Source: Bacteroidia bacterium | GTDB taxonomy: Bacteria; Bacteroidota; Bacteroidia; B-17B0; Aurantibacillaceae | Reading direction: 5' to 3' | Assembly (NCBI GenBank): GCA_018057345.1 | Contig: JAGPDW010000001.1 | Coordinates: 13,669-69,909, forward strand | DNA: 56,241 bases | In this document: positions 1 through 9,900 of the stretch, piece by piece | How positions within the stretch are numbered: position 1 is the first letter of the stretch | Layout: each line of letters begins with the position of its first letter | Position numbers and translations under genes: made by a program | Notes under the pieces: model-generated | Told to the model about the DNA's origin: nothing | The model's input: the letters and a program-made list of their open reading frames with translations, nothing else | Database searches by the model: none

Positions 1-1968
1 GCAAACGTCATCGATCTGTTCCAGATCACCTTTCCACACATTGAATTCTTCTAACATCAAATTACTTTGTTGATCAAGAGGTTTACTCGAAAGCGAAAGT
101 AATAATTGGTTGAAGCGTTTGTATAAGAATTTTTTTCCTTTTGGTCCACCAAACTGATCGGGATAACCATCGGTGTATAAATAAAAGAGGTCGGAAGGTT
201 TAAAGTCAAACGTATAAAGCGTAAAGCTTTTATCTAATTCACCTTTTCCAACCGGCATGCGATCGCATTCCAATTCCATTAATTTTCCTTCTCTAACAAC
301 TACCGGAGCATTGTTGGCCGCGGCATAGGTTACTTTTTTATTTGCTTTATCAACGCAAATTAGGATACCATCAAAGCCGTCTTTTTGTCCTTCTTTACTT
401 ATGCTATCTATCAATCGCTCGCGCACATAATTAAATATGTTATGCGGCTCCAAGATATTTTTTTCTTTGATGGCCTCACCTAAAAAACCTATGTTCAATA
501 AACTCATAAAGGCGCCCGGCACACCGTGACCTGTGCTATCACAAGAGGCCAAATAGAATTTATCATTTTTGGCGGCTGCCCAATAAAAATCTCCGCTTAC
601 AATATCCTTGGGCTTGAACAAAACAAAATTATTTTCGAGGTGTGCGTCAATAAAATCTTTATGCGCTAATAAAGCCGATTGAATTCGCTTTGCGTAATGA
701 ATAGAATCTAGGATCTCTTTTTGTTTTTCTTCGATCACCTCATTCTTGAGTTCTACTTCTTCCTTTTGCAATTTAATGATCGCATTTTGCTTTTTTGAAA
801 GTTGAAATCGTTTGAAAATAATGACTGAAAATATTAAAACCAATATCAAACAGAATACTACGGATGCTATGATGGTGTTTTGCTGTTTTCTTTCTTGTTC
901 GTTCTTTACATGGGCGATCTCTAATTGCTTTTCATTTTCTAGATCAAGTTTTTCTAAAGCTCTGTCGGTTTCCATTTCGGAGATCTTGGCTAACTTCTCG
1001 AGGTTGTTGATCGAATCTTTAACCATATAATACATAGTTTGGTACTTACTGGCCTTTTCAGCTTTTCCTAATTTCATGTAAAGATCGAACAATAACTTTG
1101 AGGTACTCAACAGTAGTTCTTGGTAATTTGCAGCTGACGCATAATCATACGCTCTCAATAAATAGGATTCGGCGTTCTTATAGTCTCCCATTTGAAAATA
1201 GATATTTCCCAATCTTCCATCATTGTAATGAACACCCATTTTTGATCCTCTTATTTCTTGCAGCTTCCTTGACAGTGTAACATACTTAAAGGCCTTATCA
1301 AACTGTTTGGATTTGATATAGTGATCGCCAATATTGCCGGTAATTTGCGCGATCGCACTTGAGTCATGAATTTCAGAACTGATCTTGTATGCTTCCATTT
1401 CCGCATCCAACGAACGCTCATCCTCATTTAAAAACAAATACACATCCGCCAAATTTACCAATGTGCGAGCATATGCTTTTTTATTGCCGCTTTGTTTATG
1501 GATAGCTAATGCTTTTTCAAAGTATGGTTTCGACTTTGCAGGATTGTTCATTACAAAACAATGGATGTACCCTATCTTATTTGCCGCGCCGGCGATCACC
1601 TCGCTTAAGTTAAGCTGCTCGCCAAGTTTGAGTGCTATTTGAAAATACTCAAATGCCTTTACATTATTTTCAGTTTTAAAATAGGCATTGCCTACTTGAA
1701 GAAGTGCATAGGCTTTTCCTTTTGAGAATTTTAATTTTTCGCTCAGGCGTAAAGCTTGATCGGCAAACTTTAATCCGTTGTTGAAATTTGTTGTGTCCTT
1801 GCGTTTTTCGAAGTATAAATCAGAAGCGAGGTTGATCAATAAATTTACTTTGCTTGTATCATCAGCTGATGCATTTGCCCGCTTTATTAAAGAGTCGATT
1901 CGAGTTTGACCAATAATAGATTCAAAACAATAAAGAAATAAAAGCGAAAGTATTATCCTTCTATACAT
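1..1968 (-). CDS. Signal peptide-TPR-TM-SpoIIE/PP2C (RsbU-like) phosphatase, 3' end cut by window edge (not in ORF track)
   Basis: Manual translation: ATG at 1968 overlaps the upstream stop (TAATG). It begins MYRRIILSLLFLYCF, followed by TPR-like helices and a TM segment near 820-880. Then come KPKDIVSGDFYW, CDSTGHGVPGAFMS and YTDGYPDQFGG, and it reads GDLEQIDDVC in frame at position 1. Confidence 0.9.
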   Translation of the reverse strand, partial: MYRRIILSLLFLYCFESIIGQTRIDSLIKRANASADDTSKVNLLINLASDLYFEKRKDTTNFNNGLKFADQALRLSEKLKFSKGKAYALLQVGNAYFKTENNVKAFEYFQIALKLGEQLNLSEVIAGAANKIGYIHCFVMNNPAKSKPYFEKALAIHKQSGNKKAYARTLVNLADVYLFLNEDERSLDAEMEAYKISSEIHDSSAIAQITGNIGDHYIKSKQFDKAFKYVTLSRKLQEIRGSKMGVHYNDGRLGNIYFQMGDYKNAESYLLRAYDYASAANYQELLLSTSKLLFDLYMKLGKAEKASKYQTMYYMVKDSINNLEKLAKISEMETDRALEKLDLENEKQLEIAHVKNEQERKQQNTIIASVVFCLILVLIFSVIIFKRFQLSKKQNAIIKLQKEEVELKNEVIEEKQKEILDSIHYAKRIQSALLAHKDFIDAHLENNFVLFKPKDIVSGDFYWAAAKNDKFYLASCDSTGHGVPGAFMSLLNIGFLGEAIKEKNILEPHNIFNYVRERLIDSISKEGQKDGFDGILICVDKANKKVTYAAANNAPVVVREGKLMELECDRMPVGKGELDKSFTLYTFDFKPSDLFYLYTDGYPDQFGGPKGKKFLYKRFNQLLLSLSSKPLDQQSNLMLEEFNVWKGDLEQIDDVC

Positions 1969-3923
1969 TAAGCTACTCTTAAACCAATGACACAAACATC
2001 ATCTACTTGCTCGAGGTTGCCTTTCCATGATTCAAAATTAGTTCCCAGAGATTCTGTTTGATTTTCAAACGATTGACTTGATATGTTCACTAAGAATTCG
2101 TGAAGCTTTTTGTACATCAGTTTTTTACCTTTTGGTCCGCCGAACTGATCAGCATAACCGTCGGTAAATAAATAAAGCGTATCGTTCTTCTCCAATTTTA
2201 TACTGTGTAGTTTAAATTCCTCTTTCTTTTCGCCATAGCCAACCGGCATACGATCTGATTCTAATTCCTTTAAAACGTTATCGGTAACAACTACAGGGCG
2301 ATTGTTGGCCGCAGAGTATGTGATCTCTTTTGTGTCCTTGTTAACGCACAATAATACACCATCAAAACCATCTTTTTGTCCTTCTTTACTTATAGCGTCA
2401 ATTAATTTCTGACGAACGTAATTGAACACTTCATTTGGTTTTAAAATATTCTTCTCTCCTATAGCTTCATTAAGGAATGAAATACTTAATAAACTCATGA
2501 AGGCTCCCGGAACACCGTGCCCTGTGCTATCACAAACAGCCAAGTAAAATAAATTATTCTTTTTATACGCCCAATAAAAATCGCCGCTGACAATGTCCTT
2601 TGGTTTAAAATACACGAAATTGTTAGAGAGGTGATCGTTTATAAAATCGCGATGAGCCAATATGGTTGTTTGAATTCGCTTGGCATACATGATACTATCC
2701 AGGATCTCTTTACGGCTTTGCTCAACTAATTCTTTTTGCTGTTGCAATACCACATTCATCAGTTTTTGTTTTTTCAAATTCTTGAAAGAAACATACGTAA
2801 AAACCGCAACCAGGATTAGAATACCAGCAATAAAATACGAAAGTATACGAGAGTTTTGCAATGATTTTTTTGCGATCATTTTATCTTGCTGCAATAACTT
2901 GTTTTCCTTTGCTTGAGCATCTGAATCGTACTTGGTTTGCAATTCAAATAATTTATTTCTGCTCTCGCCATTGTAGATAGAATCCTTAAGTAAATTGTAT
3001 TTTTTAAAATACGCTAATGCTTGCTCGGCATTTCCCTTTTTCTCGAACAATTTAAAGATCTGCAAACAAACCTCCTTTTGGTTATCCACAGCTTTATCTT
3101 CTTCGGAGATCTGTAAGGTTTTGAAATAATAGTTTAGTGCAGAGTTTAGTTTGTTCTTACTAAAATCAATATTTCCCAAGGTTAAATACGTTAAAGCCTG
3201 ACCATAGCGAATGTTGTATTTTTCCATTAAAGGAAGTGCTAATCGCGCATAGTAAGTTGCGGAATCAAATTCTCCAATATTGTTATAAGCTTCGCCTAAG
3301 GTTGCGTAAACAAATGCCGAGTAATTATCTTTGTTGGCATTTTCAAATATTTGTTTTGAGTACATCAATTCATCTACAGCCTCCCGGTACTTTTGTTGTT
3401 TCATGTAAATGCTAGCGATACCAACCGCCGAAGTAGCTTTAGCTAGTTTGCTATTTGCAACTTCTCCCCATTTATACGAAAGCTTATAGAACTCAAGTGC
3501 TTTCTCGTAATTGTTTAATCCTAAATAGGTATTACCAATGGAATTTGCTGTGGTTGAAGATTTTTTAGTGTCTTTTAATATCTCATATATTTTTAAAGCG
3601 GGAATGAAAGATTCTAAAGCAAATCCATAGGTTCCTTTTGCGTTATGATATTCGCCCAGATCGCATAAGGCCGTAGCCTCTCCATGCTTAAATCCAATTT
3701 TACGGGCGAGTTCAAGATTTTTTTTGCCGTATTCCTCAACGTCATTAGGATGAGCGGACTGAAGATAACCAACTAATTCGGAGTAGAGATAAACTTTTTG
3801 TGTGTCAACCTTACACTGATCAATAAGTGTTAGCAAAGAATCCTTGGTTCTGTCATTTTGAGATAACAGAAACAAACTACAGAATAGAGAGGCAATTATG
3901 AGTTTGTACCTTGACAAATGCAA
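1968..3923 (-). CDS. Signal peptide-TPR-TM-SpoIIE/PP2C serine phosphatase
   Basis: Hydrophobic N-terminus, TPR repeats (IGNTYLGLNNYEKALEFY), TM ILSYFIAGILILVAVFTYV, and SpoIIE motifs VSGDFYW, CDSTGHGVPGA, TDGYADQFGG, QVDDVC. TTG start. Confidence 0.92.
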   Translation of the reverse strand: MHLSRYKLIIASLFCSLFLLSQNDRTKDSLLTLIDQCKVDTQKVYLYSELVGYLQSAHPNDVEEYGKKNLELARKIGFKHGEATALCDLGEYHNAKGTYGFALESFIPALKIYEILKDTKKSSTTANSIGNTYLGLNNYEKALEFYKLSYKWGEVANSKLAKATSAVGIASIYMKQQKYREAVDELMYSKQIFENANKDNYSAFVYATLGEAYNNIGEFDSATYYARLALPLMEKYNIRYGQALTYLTLGNIDFSKNKLNSALNYYFKTLQISEEDKAVDNQKEVCLQIFKLFEKKGNAEQALAYFKKYNLLKDSIYNGESRNKLFELQTKYDSDAQAKENKLLQQDKMIAKKSLQNSRILSYFIAGILILVAVFTYVSFKNLKKQKLMNVVLQQQKELVEQSRKEILDSIMYAKRIQTTILAHRDFINDHLSNNFVYFKPKDIVSGDFYWAYKKNNLFYLAVCDSTGHGVPGAFMSLLSISFLNEAIGEKNILKPNEVFNYVRQKLIDAISKEGQKDGFDGVLLCVNKDTKEITYSAANNRPVVVTDNVLKELESDRMPVGYGEKKEEFKLHSIKLEKNDTLYLFTDGYADQFGGPKGKKLMYKKLHEFLVNISSQSFENQTESLGTNFESWKGNLEQVDDVCVIGLRVA

Positions 3924-3930
3924 AGCAAAT

Positions 3931-6900
3931 TTAGAACTTTAATCCGATAATGCAAACGTCGTCGATTTGCTCTAAATTTCCTTTCCAATCTTCAAAAATT
4001 CGGACTAGTAATTCTGACTGCTTGCCTAGAGACAGGCCGCTTATAGAGTGAATGAACTCATTTAACTTTTTCGACATGAATTTTTTGCCTCTTGGGCCAC
4101 CAAATTGATCGGCGTAACCATCGGTGTATATATAAAGTCGGTCGCCCTTTTTAACGTTAACGGTATTTAATGAGAATTTATCCTGTTTCTCGCCATATCC
4201 AACCGGCATTCGATCGCACTTTAACTCCGTCATTGTTTTCTCGGAGACCAAAATTGGCGAATTTAAAGCTGCCGAATAATTTACTTCCCCGGTCGTCTTA
4301 TTTACACATAATAAAGTTCCATCAAAACCATCTTTCTGGCCTTCTTTACTAATATTTGTGATGAGTTTTTTGCGCACGAAATTAAATACCTCATCAGGAG
4401 ATGTAAGATTTTTTTCGTTGATCGCTTCATTTAAATAAGAAATATTCAATAAGCTCATAAAAGCGCCCGGAACTCCATGGCCGGTACTATCGCACACGGC
4501 GAGGTAAACCATTTCATGATTTTCCAGTTCGCCTTTTTCATTTATAACAGGTGCGATCTTTTTAGTGGCCCAATAAAAATCTCCACTAACAATATCCTTT
4601 GGTCTAAACAAAACAAAACTTTCCTTGAATGTTTCGTTAAACAATTGAGTTTCGCTCATTAATGCCAACTGAATTTTTTTGGCGTACTGAATACTATCAG
4701 TGATATCTTTATTTTTAGCTTCAATAATGGCTTTTTGAGAGAATACTTCATCTGTGCGAGCTTTAACCTTCTCTTCCAAGTTTTCGTAAAGTGCCGCATT
4801 GTCTATGGCTACTGCAACTGAGTTTGCAATATTTCTTAAAACGTTATGCTGATATTCGTTATAAGCATTTTTAGAGAAACTTTGCACCGTGATCACTCCT
4901 ATCTTTTTTTCTTTAGAGAAAAGTGGCATGTATATTACAGATAAAGGTGTTTCGCCGGCAATAGGCGCCTTTAGATCTTTAATGTACATATTGTACTCCA
5001 ACATAATATCATTAATAAGGATCTCCTGTTCATTTTCAAAACACCAAACGGCAAAACGATTCTTGTCGGTTAAAAAGAATTCGAAGAATTGCATTTTCTC
5101 TGAACGCTCAATAAAGCCGGGAAATTGCAAACTTTTTGATTTTTCATTATATAAACCGATGCCAAATGATTCGGCGCTCATCAAATTATTGATACTTTCG
5201 TATGCCATCGAAATAATTGTCTCTACGGATAATGAGGCGGTGATCACTTTTGAGATCTGCGCTATCAATTTTGTATCGTTAAAATTTTTCTCTAATCGTT
5301 CTTTTTGTTGAGTTACTTCTTTTGTGCGTTCTACAACGCGCAGTTCCATGTTCTCATAAAGTGAGGCATTGTCGATTGCAATGGCAACATACACAGCCAA
5401 ATTTTTCAACATTTGAAGATCGTTATCCTTATATGCATTACGCTTGAAGCTTTGAACAGTGATAACACCAAGAGCCTTATCATTAAGTATCAAAGGCAAA
5501 TAAAGAATTGATTCTACCTGTTGACCCATTAAAGGAGGAACATAATTTGAAATATAATGTTTAATCTCTCTTAAAAAATTGTTGATCATGATCTCGCGTC
5601 GATTGAAAAAACAAACGTTAGTTAAACGATTCATGTCGTCCTTATCATATGCAAACGCATCAAATTTTTCTCCGCCCTCAATGTAAGATGGGAAAACGAT
5701 CTGCTCTGTTTCCTTATTGTATACGCCAATACCAAAACCTGTAGCGTCCATTAAACTATTTACATTGCTATACACTTTTTCAATTAGCGCAGGGATAGAA
5801 AGCGTAGAGGTAATATCCTTGCCAATTTGGCTCAACAAACGTGTATTCTCGTTTGCTTTTTCGATCTCCTCTTTTTGTTTTACAACTTCCTTGGTTCGCT
5901 CGTTAACTTTTTCTTCTAGATTTTGATACAAATTTGCGTTATCTAAAGCTGTGCCAACCGAAACAGCAATACCTTTTAAGATATTGTAATGATACTCGGT
6001 GTACACATTTTTATCAAAACTTTGTACAGTTATTACACCAACTGCTTTTTCTTTGGAATATAATGGCAAGTAAATAATAGAACTAGAATCTTTTCCTGAA
6101 ACCGGTGCTTGCGTACCTTCAAAGTATTTTGAATACTCAATTGTATAATCATTTATAACAAGATCTTTTTGATCGGTAAAGCATAGAGAAGCCAATCTAT
6201 TCCTATCATTAGCTGCGTATCCATAATCATCCATTAATTGATCGTTCTCTACAAATCCTTTGAACTCCAGTTGATTGTTAGTTTCATTATAAATACCAAT
6301 GCCAAAGCAATCGGCCTTCATGATCTTATTTACATTCTGATAAACTTTTGAAATGATGGTTTCCACAGATAAAGAAGAACTAATGTCTTCTGCCATTTCA
6401 CCCAATAAGCGTGTATTATCATACGCGATCCTGATCTCTTCCGTTCTTTTCTCTACACGATCCTCCATACTCTTGTAAAGATTCGCCGTTTCAATAGCGC
6501 TGGCAATGTAGATAGCAAGATTGCGTAAAATATTCAATTGGTAGTCTTTGTACGCATTTGTTTCAAAACTTTGTACCGATAGAACGCCAATTGTTTTATC
6601 CTTTAAAGAGATCGGGATGTAAATAACTGACTGTGGATTTTCACCTTCTACCGGCGCATACCCTTTACTTTTTACATATTTACCGTGTTCATTTAACCAA
6701 TCGTTGATCACAAACTCTTTGTTTTCCTTAAAGCATCTAGTGGCAATTCGCTCAACATCGAGCGGATAAGAGAAGGGCGGTAGTTTTTTTCCTTTTTCAA
6801 TGATACATGGGTGAAAGAGGTCATTCTCTGCTTCACGATATATTCCGATTCCTAATGCGGAAGCATCCATGAGTTTATTGATATGATCATACACCTTTGT

Positions 6901-9900
6901 GATAATTGCTTCGATAGATAAAGTGCCGGATATCTCCTTACCAATCTCACTTAATAAGCGGGTATTCTCGTATGTACGTTCAACTTCTTCTTTTTGCTTT
7001 GTTACTTCAAGTGTACGTTCTTTTACCTTTTCTTCTAAAGTTTCATACAAGGCCGCATTATCCAATGCAATGCCAATTGAAACCGCTAAGTTCTGTAGAA
7101 TATTTACCTGGTACTCCGAATAAGAATCTTTGTCCAAACTTTGCACGGTGATCAAGCCTATTGGTTCGTTCTTTGACATAAGCGGCAAATAAACAACCGA
7201 CATGTTATCATTTCCACGAATTGGTTTACGCTCGAGCTTGATGTATTTGGAATGCTCAGTAATAAAGTCGTTGATAATGATATCCACTTTTTGTTTGAAG
7301 CAAATGGCTCCTAATCTGTTTTGATCATTAACGTCGATGGAGAGAGGATCAAGTACTGTTTGATTTTCGCGGAATCCATTGAACTCAATTGCTTGTTTTT
7401 TTGCATTATAAATACCGATACCAAACGAATCGGCCTTCATCAATTGATGGATATTCTTGTAAACAGATGAGATGATCGTTTCAACAGAAAGCGACGAACT
7501 TAACTCTTTGGAGATCTCTCCCAATAAACGGGTATCGTTATAATTCTTTTCTATTTCCTCGGTCCGTTCTCTTACACGATCTTCCAGATTATTGTATAGC
7601 GAAACATTATCTATAGCAATGGCCACATACACTGCCAAACTTTTTAAGATCTGTAAATGATATTCTTTGTAGGCATTAGCCTTAAAACTTTGCACAGTGA
7701 TCACACCAATTTTTTTACTGCTTTGTGTGATGGGAACATAAATGATCGATTCGGGGTTATCTCCCTCTTTTGCCTGATAATCCTGAACCTTATTACTTTT
7801 TACAAACTCTTCGCTAAAATGATTAATGATATAATCATTTTGCGTTGTATAACACCATACGGCAGGCCTGTCGATATCCTTTAAACTATAGGTGTAAGGC
7901 ATCAAATGTTTTTTACGTTCAATAGTTGCCGGAAAAACTATCTCATTTGATCTATCGCGATAAATACCAATACCAAAACACGTAGCGTCCATAAGTGTAT
8001 TGATGTTTGGATACACTTTGTTAATGATCTCTTGAATGGAAAATGTATTGGAAATATCTTTTCCTATCTGACTTAATATACGTGTGTTCTCGTAAGTTTT
8101 TTCGATCTCTTCTTTTTGTAAAACAACTTCAGCCGTTCGTTGCTTTACCTTATCCTCCATTGTTTCGTAAAGTAACGCGTTATCGAAGGCAATTGCTGTA
8201 TAGGAGGCCAAGTTCTTTAAGATATCGAGATGGTAAGAAGTATATGCATTGCGCTTAAAGGCTTGAACAGTCATAGCGCCTAAAACTCTATCTCCAATAA
8301 CAATAGGAACCAACAGTAACGAATCAGGCGTTTCGCCAATCATTATCTTAGAATCTTTCGCGTATTTTTTTACCTCGTTCTTATAATCATTTAAAATGAC
8401 CTCTTTCCTATTTTTGATAACCCACGCTGTTAAGTTCACATTGGGATCGGCAGTGATCCTGAATGCTTCATAATCGCGAACACCTTTTTCAATCTCATAT
8501 TTATACTCTACCTGATCAGCTTCTTTATGATAAATTCGCACACTAAACACCTCAGCTTCCATTAGCTGATTAATATATTTATGCAAGCGCTCAAAAACAT
8601 CTTCAAAGTTTAATGTTGAAGTGATCTGCTGACCGATCTCGCTGAGCAATCTGTTATTTTGATAAGCCGTGTTGATCTCATTAGTGCGCTCATTCACGCG
8701 TTCTTCCAATCCTGCGTACAAATTTGCGTTATCTATCGCGATAGCAACGTATACTGCTAAGTTGCGTAAGATCTCTAGGTGATGACTCTTATAGGCGTTC
8801 TTTGAAAAACTTTGTACAGTGATCACACCTAAAGTTTTATCCTTTAATGTTAATGGCAGGTATATGATCGACTCAACGACTTTACCTTGCAGTGGCGCTT
8901 GAACATAACCAACATATTGTTCGATCTCATTTTTAAAATCATTGATCACAATGTCTTTACGTCCATTAAAACAAATACAGGCCAACTTATCTTTTTCCTT
9001 GGCGCTGTATGATACGTTATCATACTTTTGATCACCTTCTATATATAATGGGAATTCGATAAGATCTTGCTCGGGCTTATGAACACCTATGCCAAATCCG
9101 GCGGCATCCATTAACGTATTTAAATTAGCATATACTTTATCGATGATCTCATCAACAGAACGCGTAGATGTTATGTCGTTTCCAATCTTTCCTAATAACT
9201 TTGTACTTGTATACGTTCGTTCAATTTCTTCCTTTTGCTTCGTAACTTCTAATGTTCGCTCCTTAACCCTCTCTTCCATTACCTCGAAAAGATTCGCATT
9301 TTCCATTGCAATTGCAGTATATGTTGCAAGAGATTTTAAAATATCTAAGTGATAATCCGTATAAGCGTTATACTCGAAACTTTGAACGGTTATGCAACCT
9401 AATACTCTATCACCGATCATTACCGGATAAAAAATAAGAGAATGAGGAAGATCACCGGTAACAACCCGGATGCGACGCACGTATTTTGTATACTCTTTTT
9501 GATTATCTCCAATAAAAACTTCTTTTTTATTTAGAACACACCATACTGAATAGTTATCAATATCCTCCATCGAAACTTCCATGCTTTCAAGGCGAACACC
9601 TTTTTCAATTCCGTATTTATACTCGATCACATTTCGTGTTTGATTATATAATCGCACACCAAAATTACCGGTGTCCATTAAACCTGACAGGTAGGTATAT
9701 AATTTGGAAAATATTTCTTCTAAATTAAGCGTGGAGGTGATCTCCTGACCTAATTCACTTAACAATTTACTGTTTTGATAGGTGGCTTTTATCTCTTCGG
9801 TACGCTCAATTACACGTTCCTCAAGATTAGTATAAAGGTTTGCATTCTCAATTGCGATGGCCACATACACTGCCATATTCTTTACAATTTGGACGTGATA

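Noticed and set aside
812-1642. Three short plus-strand ORFs (812, 1098, 1385)
   Set aside because: Antisense shadows of the real minus-strand gene <1..1968.
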